DNA of 64,000 nt from Camelus ferus. Lineage: Eukaryota. Positions 24,030 through 37,430 of the stretch are shown one piece after another; the stretch's first letter is position 1, and every line of letters starts with the position of its first letter. A program made the position numbers and the translations under genes. The stretch is from assembly GCF_009834535.1 (NCBI RefSeq), contig NC_045697.1, forward strand, positions 107,696,001 through 107,760,000, in the 5' to 3' direction. Below the pieces are notes generated by a model. That model was not told where the DNA came from. It did no database searches and saw nothing but the letters and a program-made list of their open reading frames with translations.

Positions 24030-25130
24030 TACTCTTTAAAATGAGAGATAGATCATACATACACACATACATATAAAAGAATATATATCAGTTGGGGGGA
24101 GGGTATAGCTCAGTGGTAGATCACGTGCTTAGCATGCAGGAGGTGTTGGGTTCCATCCCCAGTACCTCCATTAAAAAAAAAAGAGTATCAGTATATGTAT
24201 ACTTTAAAGAAAAATAGTAAAATGAACACTGGTGCCTACTACATTGCTTAAGAAATGGAATATCACATTGTCAGTATCTTAGAGGTCCCGTGTGTCCATC
24301 CTTGATCTCATCTTCTTCATCTCCTCTGCCCACTGTGGTAAACATTATCCTTCGTTTTTTTAGTCTTTCCCTTGCTTTTTTTAAAAATGGATTTGTCTTA
24401 TGTATATTATTCTCTGAACAATATGTTGTTTAATTTTAGCTGCTTTTGCTCTTTGTATAAATGGACTCATATAACTTGGACTCTTTTGTACTTTGCTGTT
24501 TTACTCCAAATTGTTTTTGAGATTCATCCATGTTTTTTCATGAAGCTGTATTTTATTTCTTTTACTGCTATATAGCACTGAATTGTAAGAATATATCACG
24601 TTTAATTCTCTTTCCTGCTGCTGATGGACATTTGTGTTGTCTGTGTAGCTTTTTGCAAGCAAGAGAAAGATTGGTATGACCATAGTTCCTATTGCATATA
24701 TGTCAGCGTTTCTCTAAATGTATAAACCTAGGAGTGGAATTGCTGGGTCGGAGCGTATATACATGTTTAATTTTACTAGGTTATGACAACTCTGTGCCCG
24801 AGTGGTTGTACCAGGACACACCACACTGGTGTGTGAAATTGCCTGTGGCTTGATGACACTTAGTGTGATTGGATTTTAAATATTTTTGCCCATTTTGGGG
24901 GTGTGCAATCATATCTTACTGTGTGTTTTTAAAATTGAGATGTACTTTATGTACAGCATAATTTACCTTATTGTGGTTTTAATTTTAATTTTCCTGATTA
25001 TTAATGAGATGAAAGATATATTGTCACATGGATATTAACCTTTCATACTTTCTCTTCTGTGAAAGTTTGCTATGTTCTCCCACTTTTCTCTCATTGATTG
25101 GTGGGTGTTCCTTTTATATCCTGAATATAT
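24030..25130 (-). mobile_element. Old L1M (L1ME/MD-like) 3' region
   Basis: 'tttttgagattcatccatgtt', 'ctgatggacatttgtgttgt', 'cctaggagtggaattgctgggtc', 'ttgtggttttaattttaattttcctgattattaatgag'. Confidence 0.75.
24094..24182 (+). mobile_element. Camelid tRNA-derived SINE (short form)
   Basis: 'ggggggagggtatagctcagtggtagatcacgtgcttagcatgcaggaggtgttgggttccatccccagtacctcca' plus A-tail; A/B-box-like motifs; TSD-like tatcagt on both sides. Confidence 0.9.
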
Positions 25131-25571
25131 AATAGTGTGTATGTATATGTATCTATAATATGTGATGGAATTTATTTTTTTGTGGGCAGGTCCCATTGCA
25201 CCAGGAGGAAAAGGCAGTGCTTATGTCCAGTGGTCAGTTTTCTACAAACATGATTACGGCATTTTCTCTTTTCCTCTTTTTAGTTGTGGTTAATCTTTGA
25301 CAAAATTGAGAAGTAAGTTTTGGCACTTTAAAAAGTTTGGAATCTTTTTTCTGTCCCTCCTCCTAATCTACCCCTATTGTGAAACAATTTTGGTTGAGAA
25401 AATATCCTTGATATTCAGTAATGCAGAATGTTTTCTTTGGAGTGCATGCTGTTCAGATTGGAGTACACTGCTTATGATGCTTGATGCTCTCAGACCTGTT
25501 TCAGTGGTATCAGACCTCAGGCTGGCCAGCAGAGGAGTTGGGTGTGGATGCTGATGCAGATCTCTAATGCA

Positions 25572-26457
25572 TTTTTTTAACTGAAATATAGTCGATTTAT
25601 AATGTTGTGTTAGCTTCTGTTGTAGAGCATAGTGATTCAATTGTATATATATATATATATGTTCCTTTTCATATTCTTTTTCATTATAGGCTATTACAAG
25701 GTGTTGAATATAGTTCCCTTTGCTCTAGAGTAGGACCTTGTTTATCTATTTTATATAGAGTAGTATTTGCAAATCTCCAGCTCGCAATTTATCCCTTCCT
25801 ATCTCTTTCCCCCCTGGTAACCATAAGTTTGTTTTCTGTGTCTGTCTGTTTCTGTTTTATAAGTAAGTTCATTTGTGTGTTTTTTTTTTTTTTAGATTCT
25901 ACATCTAACTGATATCATGTGGTATTTTCCTTTCTCTTTCTGGCTTACTTCACTTAGAATGACAATCTGCTGGTCCATCCATGTTGCTGCAAATGGTATT
26001 GTTTTATTTTTTATGGCTGTGTAGTACTCCATGGTATATAAATACACCACAGCCATAAATATACACAACCCTTCTTTATCCAATTATCTGTTGATGGACA
26101 TTTAGGTTGCTTCCATGTCTTGGCTATTGTAAATTGGCTATTGGCTATTGTAAATGAACATTGGGGTGCATATATTTTTTTTGAATTAGAGTTTTCTCTG
26201 GGTATATGCCCAGAAGTGGGATTGCTACATCATATGGTAAATCTGTTTTTAGTTTTTTAAGGAATCTCCATATTGTTTTATAAAATGGCTGCACCAAACT
26301 ACATTCCCACTAACAGTGTAGGAGGGTTCCCCTTTCTTCATACCTTCTCCAGCATTTATTGTTTGTAGACTTTTTAATGATGGCCATTCTGACTGGTGTG
26401 AGGTGATATCTCATTGCAGTTTTGATTTGCATTTCTCTGATAATTAGTGATATTGAG
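25572..26457 (-). mobile_element. Young lineage L1, 3' ~0.9 kb (ORF2 C-terminus + 3' UTR)
   Basis: Antisense L1 end; ORF 25892-26083(-) 'MEYYTAIKNKTIPFAATWMDQQIVILSEVSQKEK' is L1 ORF2 C-terminus; no TSD found. Confidence 0.9.
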
Positions 26458-26515
26458 AAGTTATTTATTTTCTATTATTTTTATGGTAGAAATGATATTA
26501 CTGGGTATCAAAGTT

Positions 26516-26648
26516 CTCAGAAGAAACCAGTCCTGCTCACACCTTGATCTCATACTTCTAGCTTCCAGAATTGTGAGAAAATTAATTTCTGTTGTTTAAG
26601 CCACCCAGTCTGTGAAACTTTGTTATGATAGCCCTAGCAAACTAATAT
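26516..26648 (+). mobile_element. MaLR LTR 3' fragment (MLT1A/B-like)
   Basis: 'aaccagtcctgctcacaccttgatctcatacttctagcttccagaattgtgagaaaattaatttctgttgtttaagccacccagtctgtg...gccctagcaaactaata'. Confidence 0.85.
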
Positions 26649-27319
26649 AATACATAACATGAAATTTACCATTTTATCCATTTTTAAGTGTACAGTTTAA
26701 TGACATTAAGTACATTTGTGTTGTTATGCAACCATTATCACCATCCATCTCCAGAGCTTTTGTTGTCTTACAAAATTGAACTCTGTACTCTATTCGATTC
26801 TCCCCACCAGCCCCTAGCAACCACCATTCTACTGTCTCTATGACTTTGACTACTCTATATCTCATATATATGAAATCATACAGTGTTTATTTTTATTCTT
26901 TTGTGATTGGCATATTTCATTTTGCATAATGTGTCAAGATTCATCCATGTTGTAGCATGTGTCAGAATTTCCTTCCTTTTATGACTGAATAATTTTCCAC
27001 TGTGTGTATATATACCACATTTTATTTATTGAATGGTCATTTGGGTTGCTTTCTTCTTTTGGCTATTGTGAATAATGATGTTATGAACATGGGTATACAA
27101 ATAATCTAAGATTTTTTTTTCTTTTGGGTATAGATCTAGAAGTGGAACTGGTGGGTCATGTGGTCATTCTACTAATTAATACTTTATTAATTTTTTGAGG
27201 CACCACCATACTGTTTTCTATAGCACCTGCACCATTTTACATTCATACCAGCAGTGCACAAGGGTTCCCGTTTCTCCACATCCTCCACCAATGTTATTTT
27301 CTGTGTTTTTTAATAGTAG
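26649..27319 (-). mobile_element. L1MB-type 3' end
   Basis: 'acataacatgaaatttaccattttatccatttttaagtgtacagtt...gattcatccatgttgtagcatgtgtcagaatttccttcctttt...ccagcagtgcacaagggttcc'. Confidence 0.85.
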
Positions 27320-29503
27320 AATTGATATTACTGAGTATCAGAGCTTTCAGGTATAATGAAGTGCCCTTTTGATTTTGTTGTGGGAAGGAGGTGATAAAAT
27401 TATCACTGGGTTTAGTCAAAGAGAGTTGATTCTCCAAGGGTTGTGAGGTGGCATTCATATGCCTCTTGATTCAGGCAGAATACCGTGGCAGCTCACCAGG
27501 AAGCACTGAAGTTACTGGTGTGAAAGACTGGCAGCCACTTTTTCCCCTGTTTGTCAGGAGCTCAGTTCCTGTAGTAATTTTGGGTCTGCTTGTGTGATGT
27601 AGGACCAGCTAGGACAAAATGCAAGCTTTCTAACTACAAAGACTCTGTGAAATCGCTCTTTTGCCGAACTAAAGAGACTGGCAAGTTTGTTACTTTTTTT
27701 CCCCAGGGCAAATTTTCATTTTCCTAAGTGTTTACAGCTGTGTTTGTTTAAAACACTCTTGTAGCTAACAATTACAGACCTGTGAAGAAAACAGAGAAAG
27801 TTAGGCAAATTAGGCCTAAAAAATCTCAGGCAGACACAGAAGCCTGAGAGAGCATAGGAGCTTCCTCAGGGCATTTTTGAAATCATGAAAGAGTTATATG
27901 TTTGACCGTAAACGTTGCATTACAACCGCCTAAAAGATTATGTTCCAAGAGGTTTTGAATATTTACAAATACATCCCTTAACTTTTAGTTTGTGTATGAA
28001 AATGGAAAGTTTTTTTGTGGGTGTATTTTTTTTCTTGCCTTGTCTACTTACGTGGATATCTCTTCCCTCCAACAGCAATTTTTGGTGGCTTACAGCGGGA
28101 AAACAAAAATTTTTTACTGTGGTTTGGGACTGACAAAGCCTCCTAGTCTCATTGGGAGGTCAAATCCCAGTCAACTCCCCCGCACCCCCACCGCCACTTT
28201 GCCATTCTAAACTCGTTTGTGTACATGATAATTTGACTTGGAAGCAGCTCAGTTTAACAATCACAAGTTAACAGCACTAAGGATTAACAGTAGCATTACC
28301 GTACCCAGTACAATTAATTTTACACACACAACTCATATTTTTCTTTGTGCAATTTGTACACCCACTGGTTTGAGAATTCACAGTAAATATAATTAGCGCT
28401 ATTGAAGCTAAAGAATATAATGATGCTTCCTCTATTATTAGCCAGTCCTCAGCGTCACCTGTAATAATAGCACTTTGTCTAAGAACCCTGAAAACTCTGC
28501 CAGTGCTTCGCAGGCTGTGTAAATGGAGATAACCATGGCCGTCATTAAAGGCTGCAGGTCATCCCCCAGCAGGGATCAGCTACTCCTGCCTCATACCGTT
28601 TGCTGATATGGTTCCCTTTGGGATAGTAAAGCTGGATTAGGAGCCCCAGCTAACAACACATGCCCTTGCATGGGAATGATACAAGGAGCAGGAGTTGATT
28701 TCATGGCTCTCTTGAGATGTGGCCCCCCCAGGTCTGTTCCCCTTACTTTGGAAGTTCAGAGCTGACTCCGGCAGGAGCCACTTCTTCATTTGGTGCTTTG
28801 GGTGTTTTCTGAAAGCCTTCCCATCAGTAGTCCTGATCTGGGTCAGTGGGACCACCCCTCAGTCTGTGTTATTGCACATAATGAAGCACTGCCTCTAAAG
28901 GCAGGGAAGCAGAAGGCTTGGTTTACTTTACTGTTAATTAACTGATTGACAAGTTATTTCATTAAGTTTAACAGATAGATATCTGAAGTCTGCTGTGTTG
29001 GGAGAGCCGTGCTAAGCTCAGTAGAGGTCCATAAAATACATGTAAAACACAGTTCCTATTGAAAGGAGTCTGGCGTGTAAGACGGAAGCAGGGCGCCCAG
29101 GAGAACACTACCAGCCAGGCAGACAGGACTGCGTCGCATGTTTGGAGCCTGAGTGCTCAGGAACTACAGGGAGGAGATGGAGCACAGGAGGAATGCCAGG
29201 GAGAGAGCTGCTTTCTGCACGTTGACTCCCAGTTCCTTAAGGGACTCGGCCTTCTGGCAAATTTACCCTGATCCTTTAATCATAGTTAGGTACAGGACTG
29301 CTAAAATATATAAATAAACATTTTTCATCTGATAGTGGAAGTAATAACTCTGAGGAGCAGAAGACTTGGGAAACATACGTATACTACACAAAAGAAAAAT
29401 GAATCACCTATAATCCGGCTACCTAGACATAGTTACTGTTAACATTGTGGAACATTCCTCCTGCCCCCTCTTTTTTCCTGTGTAATTGACTTTAATTATT
29501 TTT

Positions 29504-29639
29504 TTATTTTATTTATTTTTGGGGGGAGGTAATTAGGTTTGCTTATTTATTTATTTTTTGGAGGAGGTACCGGGGATTGAACCCAGGACCTTCGTGTATG
29601 CTAAGCATGCTCCCTACCACTTGAGCTATACCCTTCCCC
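29504..29639 (-). mobile_element. Camelid tRNA-derived SINE (Vic-1 type)
   Basis: 'ggaggaggtaccggggattgaacccaggacc...atgctaagcatgc...ccacttgagctatacccttcccc'; TSD tgactttaattattttt / tgactctaattattttt. Confidence 0.92.
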
Positions 29640-30909
29640 TGACTCTAATTATTTTTATTTGGATTCTCAAACCAGAGCGTGTATAGATTCCATAAAGAAT
29701 AAATATGAGTTGGATTCATAGAAGATCATTGTATTGGTTATTGTGATGATAGTTTTGACCTTGCCTACCTTTAATTTTGCAATTATATTGGAAAGTTTTT
29801 GTAAACCTTGAAAAAAGCCATTTGATTTCATTTTAGAGTATTTTAAAGCACATGACCTTATTTTAAAGAGAATGTTTTTGATGGACAGACTTTTTGGGAG
29901 TGATAGAAGAAGATGGAGATTTTCTAATAAAGAGAATTATGGTTGTTTAATTTTATGATAGTAAGAAATCTCTGTAATAGGTTAAATCTTTGTACTCTTA
30001 CAGTGTTTAGATTTTTTGTTCTTTTTATAGTAGTATTTTTTTTCCCAGAAATTATGTATATGAAGAAGTTTTGTGTTTCTTATTTATTAGTTATATCTTC
30101 TTATCCTCATGGAAAATTTATGTTAGTAAGTTAGTTAGTAAAAAAGTTAGGCTAAGTTAGTAAGAAAAGAAAAATACTGAATGTCATACAGCTTAATTTT
30201 TTGGTATGTGCTAAACTATCGGTGACTTTAAGACCTTAACATCTGACAGGAACATTTGGAGCAAGAAATTGCTGGGCAGTGGCCTTCACACTTAGGGAAG
30301 AGGCTGGCTTTTGAAGTATGTTTTCCAATCTGCCATTATTATACTTGTTCTGTCCATTTTGTGCCAGACCAGGAAAGCTAACAGCGGGATTCCATGATTT
30401 ATAAGAACCTCATGAATTCTCCATGTTCTAGAAGGTGTTACTGAATATAAAACTACAAAGTAGAGTTTATTCCTTTTTTCCCCCACCTGTCACTTATGCA
30501 CCTTTTGACTGATTGAGAGGTCTTAATCTTCTTGGAAATTGGTGACTCCTTGCTGTGGTTTTAAAAAAGGCGTTGTTTTTAGTATAATGTGTGGCGGACC
30601 TGGTTCTATGGTGTCTTTGTTAAGAAGAAAAATCCCTTGGTGCTCTAAGACCTTTTGTTTGAGGGGGGAGGGGTGTCACAAACTCAGGGGCCAGACAGGT
30701 ATATAATGAGAATATAAGATTCTAAGAAGGAGTGGTGAGGACTTTGACAGGCTGTACATTGCTCGCCTCTCCAGTGGCAATGAAACAAAAACACAAAATA
30801 TACTGTGACGGCCAAACAGAAAGCCCAGGTCCACGTCGAAGCCAACCAGTTTATGCCTGGTGATGCCCGTGACCCCTGCAGTAATAACAGTGGTATGTAG
30901 TAGTACAGT

Positions 30910-31110
30910 GATAATTAAAACAGCTAACACTTTTTGAGAGCTTACTCTGTGCTGGACGTGTACATTATCTGATTCTGTCTTCACAATAAAGGTAAATAAT
31001 ATTGTTACCCCTATCTTAGAGATAAAACTGAGGCCTAGAGAGGTTTTTTTTTTTTGCTCATGTCACAGAGATAGTAGCAAAGCCAGGTTTGTCTGACTCT
31101 GGGCCTTGAG
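30910..31110 (-). mobile_element. MIR SINE
   Basis: 'cagctaacactttttgagagcttactctgtgctgg...ttacccctatcttagagataaaactgaggcctagagagg...tctgactct'. Confidence 0.75.
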
Positions 31111-32702
31111 CTCTGTGGTGTGTTTTGATTTTAGGCCACAGAACTTTGAATTGCATTCATTGGGTAGGAAAAAAATTGTCAGTCAATGGCTAAGCTGCTC
31201 AGCGTGTGGGCAGCTGCCAGCTTTGTGGCCTTGGAGGAAGAAGCCAGGCCTGGGAGGAAGAGCAGTGTTCTTGGGCCTAGAGAAGAGGAAACCAGGGTCA
31301 GGTGCTGCGGTGTGGACGGGCTCTAGAAGTCTTCGCAGGGGCTGATGCGGTGAGGCCTCGGGGGGGGGGATAAAGTCACGGTTGGTACAGAAGATGTGTG
31401 TGGGGTGTGTGCAGCCTGTAGGGGTGGGAGGTCAGACCACGTGGAGGGGCTTGTGATGTGGGTTTTGGCAGACGTGAGTCAGGCCTCCCGGGATATTTTG
31501 TACCGTTGGCTTCCTAGCTGGGTACAAGGAAATAGAGCTGAGGAAGAAAGAACTAAAAGGTATCGGTCTGAGACTTAATCCAGGGCTTCCTGTCACAGTA
31601 CACCTTAAAACTAAACAAGGTTTTCGTTGGGTGGAGGGGATTGTTTCTCTCACTGGCTTTTGTTTGGTGGCTGTGGCAGCTCCTCTTCCTGCCTCAGAGG
31701 GTGTGTCTCTCTCTGGACCCCTGGCACTTCCCTTGCTAGTTAGTGGAAACCAAGTATCCTCACAAACCTTTGGTTGTTGAGTTAGAACCAGAAACGTCCA
31801 GCTGTCACGTAGCACCTCTAAACAGACAAGTCACTGACGCGCTGCTCACTGTAGCTCTCAAAGCCTCTCTGTCTAAGTGCCTTTAACTCAAGGACATGGA
31901 ATGTAAAGCCCCAGGTATTCCAAACCAGCTACACGTGAACGCGAACCCTAGAAAGCACCACAGCCTCTGGGAGAGGCCTGTCTCCATAAACCTCACAGGG
32001 CCCTAAAGAGAAATTTTTTAAAAGTACGCACATACACCACAAAAAACAAATTAAAGGGCTGTATCTTGACCTTTTTTTTCCTTAACAGTGTGAGTATACT
32101 ACAGAAATACATGAGGAAGTAAGACTGATGAATGGAGTTTGCTTTCTGTAGCCTAAGACTTTTAAATAGATATGGAAGGAGGAGGAAGCAAACTTAGTTA
32201 CAAGAAACCTAACACTGCTAGAAGGAGGGGGGGGGGACCAAAAATAGAGCCTGAGCGGGTCCTCGGGAAGCCCTTCTGCTGAATTGTTTGGTTTAAAATG
32301 ATTGCTTTCCTAGAAGCAACAAGAAAAACTGGTCCAGTTTGTTTTCAGAGTTGGAAGAAAATTCTTAATGTAAGCAGCTCCTGGCTTCACAGCGTTTCCA
32401 TCTGGAATATCATTTAAGAATTTGGCCAGATCTCAAGTGATTTATGTTTAGTAAATAAGATTATCTTCAGCTTCCTATTGTGAAAGAGCAAATGGTTTGG
32501 CTTAGTTGCTGCTTTTCAGCCTCTTTTAATTGCTTGTCAAGGTAATACTGCATTAATCTCCGTTATTTATCTCGGGTCGGGTTTGCAGTGGTTTCTGAAG
32601 CAAGAAACCAAAACAGCGGTTGAAGAGAGAATGGCTTAACGTGTTAATACCTTTGTTGTAGAGCTACCAAATCTACAACTTTCTTAAGGTTGTCTTTGGT
32701 GA

Positions 32703-32726
32703 TGTGTGTGTGTGTGTGTGTGTGTG
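32703..32726. repeat. (TG)12 microsatellite
   Basis: Direct read of uninterrupted TG run. Confidence 0.95.
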
Positions 32727-35309
32727 GGTTTGTGTGTAGGATGGGGGATGAGAAGGGGCTTTTACATACACTTGAAATTCAGCTTTTTACATTTTTCCTG
32801 TTATAGGACATATGCTCTTAATTTTATGAAATAAATGAAATAAAGGGACTCTCGTGTCAGCTATGTTGAATACTTACAATTTTTTATGTTTTAAGAGTTT
32901 ACTTTTCTCCCCCCAAAATGGGAAGACATTTCTTACTGAAATTGTGGATATCAAGTGAAAAATAACATTTCTTTCTGGTGTTTGAGAATACATTATTATG
33001 AAAATGTGAATACTGACATACTGTTTTTTTTTAAATGAGGGTAAAATTGTAATGTTTTGAATTTAAATAGTTTTTATAGGTCCCAGGTTAAATTCTTCTG
33101 ATTATTAGGTTTGAATGTGTGTGTGAGAGAGGTAAGCATTTTGGCAAAGAAATGATTTTATCCTGCAAGACAAAAAAATATTGAAGTGTTTCTGAGCATA
33201 AAATTTAGGAAAGCAGCGCATTATGTAGTTCATATTCACTGTGGGTAAAAATAGTTACATCTAGTTAGTGAGTATTCTGCTATAGTAACCTCCCCCAGCA
33301 CCTCTTCCTGAATCTTGAATTGAAGGTTTCTTCTTAAACTGGTATCTTAATATCTTGAGTTTCATATCTTGCACACAGTGCAAACCAAGCAAAAGATAAA
33401 ATGTATGGAGGTCACTCTGTCTTTCAGATCCTATCAGCTAATTTGAATCTAATTCTTAGACTGTTCATGATACCTTGGCAGCGAGCCATGTACTTGTCAT
33501 TTTATCTCATTATAGTTAAGTCTAGTCCTGTCAAGAACAGGTTTACTAGTCTTTTTTAATTGCCTGCTTAAAATTTTTCATTTCCAAAATCAGCTGAAGA
33601 ATTTACGACGATGATACCTGTAGACGGAGCTCAGGTCAGAGCTGTGAGCAGGTGAGGAGCTGCCTGGAGGAGGGAGTGTGGAGATGGGTGGTTTGAGGCT
33701 GGGGCAGAGGATGGATGGAGTGTTTGTGTCAGAAGAGCAGAGCGGGGCTGAAATTGGGAGGATGTGAGGAGATGTATGTGACACTGACTAGTACGAACAA
33801 TTTTCTTTTGTACATTTTGCATTAAAACGTGTCACCTACTCTTCTGGGATTAGGCAGTTGGAAGGTTGAGGAAGAACAGAGGAAGTTGAGGTGTCATCTG
33901 GAGGGGACAGAAGGCAGAGGGATGTCCACCCTAAAAGCTAAAAATGATAACAAGAAGGTTCTATATGGGCCCTGCTCAGGGGCAACACCGGGAGAATCTT
34001 CCATGTGACAAAGAGGAGGGAAGGCTAAAAAACAATGAAGCGGGGAGACGTGGAAGGAGGAAGAGGTAGGAAGAAGAGGGAAAGGTGGCAGAGAGGTCTT
34101 TGTCTCCTGGGAAGACACGTGTTGTTGATGAGATAACTTACTGGAGTGCCTCCAGGATGGGAGGGGCAGGTTTCCTGGCAAAGGATCAAGTCAGGCTGAC
34201 GCAGAGGGTCTGCTGTGCGGTGTGGGACACGCATTCTCATGGCTGTGTGAGAATGGAAATGGAAAAGGATGCAGGGACCGAGTTGGTCTGCAGGGCTGTG
34301 TTCGAAGCCACAGCAATGTGTGTGACCTTGGAAGACACTAGCAGTTGGGACTAATGGAATCCATTGGACGGGTCATCTAGTGGAGTCCAGTCAGGCAGCC
34401 TAACAGGGCCATCTGTTTTTCTCAAATCATCCCTTACCTGGAGGACTTTGGGAACGGGGTTTACTTTGTAGTGTATTGAGGGCATTGACTGATCAGGAGG
34501 GATTTTGGAATTTGTGATTCGCCTCCTCCTCCTGCTCCCCCCAGCCCTTTTCCCGGGTGCACTGCGGGTTCATGCTGTTCCCTGACAGAGCCCCATTCGC
34601 TGGGAATTTATTTCCTATTCTGAATCTTTCTCAATTTTCTTTCCGTCTACCAAAATTTATGCTCACTCTCTGGTGTCTCTAGTCTCTGCAGATAACTGGA
34701 GCTAATTTAATGAAAACATTCATTCTCTTGTGTAGGGTTAATATATAACCAGTTTCCTGTTATATATTTGCATTCAAAAGAAGGATTCATGGTATGTTGA
34801 CTCAAAGAAGTGGTGGCATTTTGGGCAAGTCTTTGGGTAAATATTAAGATGGTGATATTACAGAGGAGTCCTATTATATGCATATTTTACTCACAGGAAG
34901 TAAGCTTGAACAAAAGAACAAGAAATGACAATTGGAATAGGGTGAGCACAGTGCTGGAGTGAACACCAGAGGGGAGAGATGAGCCAGCAGTTTGTGGGGA
35001 GATTTCATTTCCTCTCAGACTGTGGGCATGTGGGTTTAACAGCACGGCTCACAAAATGCAAGCCAAACACTTCATCTGTTGTTTACCTGAAGAGATAATA
35101 GTCTTTCCCCAAGGGCAGGAAAAACTGGTCATCTTGGACTTAGTGAGAAACAGCATAGTGTTGTATTTTATGAGGAATTTCAGGGACTTTTCAAAGGCAG
35201 TTTTGACTGTTTGTAATTGCTGCCTTGAGTTTGACTTTGGACTCTAACCCAGTTCCCTGTGCCATTAGGTGTGACATAACAGTATCAGTTGGCTGAGAGT
35301 AGGTCTTTC

Positions 35310-35405
35310 AGGGCCCCTGTGAGCTCCTTGAGATTTGGGACTGTGTGTCGTTCATTGTTGCCAAAGGAGCTCAGAAAACATTTTTTTTGTTGAATGAAAT
35401 AAAGA
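35310..35405 (+). mobile_element. L2 3' tip
   Basis: 'ctgtgagctccttgagatttgggactgtgtgtcgttcattgttg...ttgaatgaa'. Confidence 0.55.
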
Positions 35406-35675
35406 ATACATAACATTTCTGTCTAAAGCCTTCTCCACCCAACTGTGTCCCTAGAACAGATATGAGTAGGGACATTCTGACTCTTTGATTTACAGGTGAT
35501 GGGTCTTCCTGAGTGGTTTAGATTACCTGTTGGAACTGGCTTGCAAGTGATTGACTTTCAGAGAGGAACTTGTCTTCTTACCTCTGGGTGCTGCCCTCGC
35601 CAAAGAAGGTAGCGTCAGGGATTGGTTGAAAGGAAGATGGGTGTGTATGAAACCCCAATGGCTTTGAAGATGCTC

Positions 35676-35718
<43 letters not shown>

Positions 35719-35727
35719 TATTATTAT
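35676..35727. repeat. (TTA)n microsatellite with two TCA interruptions
   Basis: Direct read; explains the poly-N/D stretch in ORF 35615-36022(-). Confidence 0.95.
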
Positions 35728-36939
35728 TTTTAAATACTGAACCTGTATCTTCCGTTCCCTGACGGGGCACCCTAGTCATTGCAGATGGTTCTGGCATCCC
35801 AGGGATGGACGGCTCCCCACTTAAAAGATTCCATCTCCTCATTTGCCCCTTGAAGGTGATTTTGAACTTGGAATTATGGGTGACTTCTAAGTTAAAGCAT
35901 AATAAAAGATATCTCCTTCTCCCCCAAATTACCTTCCCCACCCCAGCCCCCCGTGCTTCATTCTGTTCTTTCAGCTGTGGTCCAGTTGTTGACTGCAGCA
36001 GTGATCCCAGTATTTGGTGCACAACTTACCTGGTAGCTTATAAATACATGTCATAAAGAAAAGTTTAGCCAGTTGAGTAGGTGGCCTTGTTGATAACAGC
36101 CTTAAACATGTGGCATCTTGCTCTGTCTCTCACAGCATTACCATGACAGTTAGTGAAAAGACCCTGGTTTCTGCAAGGTGTCTGCTGGACAGGGTGAGTT
36201 TAAGTAGAGATAATCACCACTGGAGTTTGTTTTTTATATGCCTCCTACAGAGGTTCGGTTGCTGCCCTCAGTGAATTTGGAAGCTCCTGGGTACACCATC
36301 CAGACCTTCATACCAGATGTAAACGGGATCTGATTGCTAAGCATTCATTCGGATGCTATTTTTAGTGTTTTGTTAGCCTCCTGGGCTGGTTTGATATTTT
36401 TATTTTTGTAATGTGCCACTCAGTCTTTGTTGTATTAGACTAGAATCGCAGAAATGGAGGGGCTCTGAGAGGTAATCAAATCTAGTGTCCCTTAAACTCT
36501 TCCTTCCTTCAAAGGGACAGTAAAACCACTAATTTACACTGTATGTAAATCAGAGGAAAGCTGAATTTCTGGTTCAGAGAGGCATGGAAATGGGAGGCCG
36601 AAAGCCTCTCTCATTTCTCTGCTCCCTTTCCACCCCAGACCCTGAGGTATTTGGATATAACACCTGGGGCTCGTGGAGCTCGGTTAGAAAACCACAGTTC
36701 TGGAGTGATGGATGTTTTGCTAAGACTTAGGTAAATCTTCCTGCCACCAGTTTGCTGTTTATTGCTTCCTGAGGGTAAAAATTGAAAACAGAACAGCTCA
36801 GAGTTCTTCCTCTGCATTTATCTATAGTGTGAGTTACCTATAGACACTCACCAGTCATTAAGAAGCTCATACTGTGTAGTGAATGTTCAGCCCAACCAAC
36901 GTGCACCGTTAGGTACCACAGGTAAAAGGCTGGCCTGAG

Positions 36940-37112
36940 GGGGCAGAGGGCATGGCTCAAGTGATAGAGTGCATGCTTAGCATGGATGAGGTCATGGGTT
37001 CAATCCCCAGTACCTCCTCTAAAAAAATAAATAAATGTAATTACCTCCTCCCCCCCAAGCCAAAAAGAATTAAAAAATTATACAATAATAAACAAAATAT
37101 TTAAAAAAAAAA
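36940..37112 (+). mobile_element. Camelid tRNA-derived SINE (Vic-1 type, long tail)
   Basis: 'gagggcatggctcaagtgatagagtgcatgcttagcatggatgaggtcatgggttcaatccccagtacctcc...aattacctcc'; TSD aaggctggcctgag / gaagctgacctgag. Confidence 0.9.
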
Positions 37113-37245
37113 GAGAAGCTGACCTGAGTGACAGGTGGTACTGTTTGTTTTAATTTGGTGACGAGTATGGCATCTGAATGAGACTCTGAATATGCCTAAG
37201 AAGCTGGGATGTCCTTCATGAGATAGGCTCTAATCACTGATAGAT

Positions 37246-37430
37246 CAGTGATTCTCAAAGTGTGGTTCCCTGCCCACCAGCCCCAGCTGCCCCTCAAACT
37301 TGTTAGAATGCAAATTCTTGGCCTCTACCCAGACCTGCTGAATCAGGAGCTTTGAGGGTGGAGCCCAGAAATTTGTATTTAACAAGCCTTTTGGATGATT
37401 CTGCTGCACATTAAAGACTGAGAACCACTG
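37246..37430. mobile_element. MER5A hAT-Charlie MITE
   Basis: TIRs cagtgattctca / tgagaaccactg; internal 'cttgttagaatgcaaattctt...cccagacctgctgaatcag'. Confidence 0.9.

Noticed and set aside
24094..24172. tRNA-like sequence
   Set aside because: SINE head with A-tail and TSD, degenerate B box; not a tRNA gene.
35615..36022. 135-aa ORF with poly-Asn tract
   Set aside because: The tract is simply the (TTA)n microsatellite read on the minus strand.
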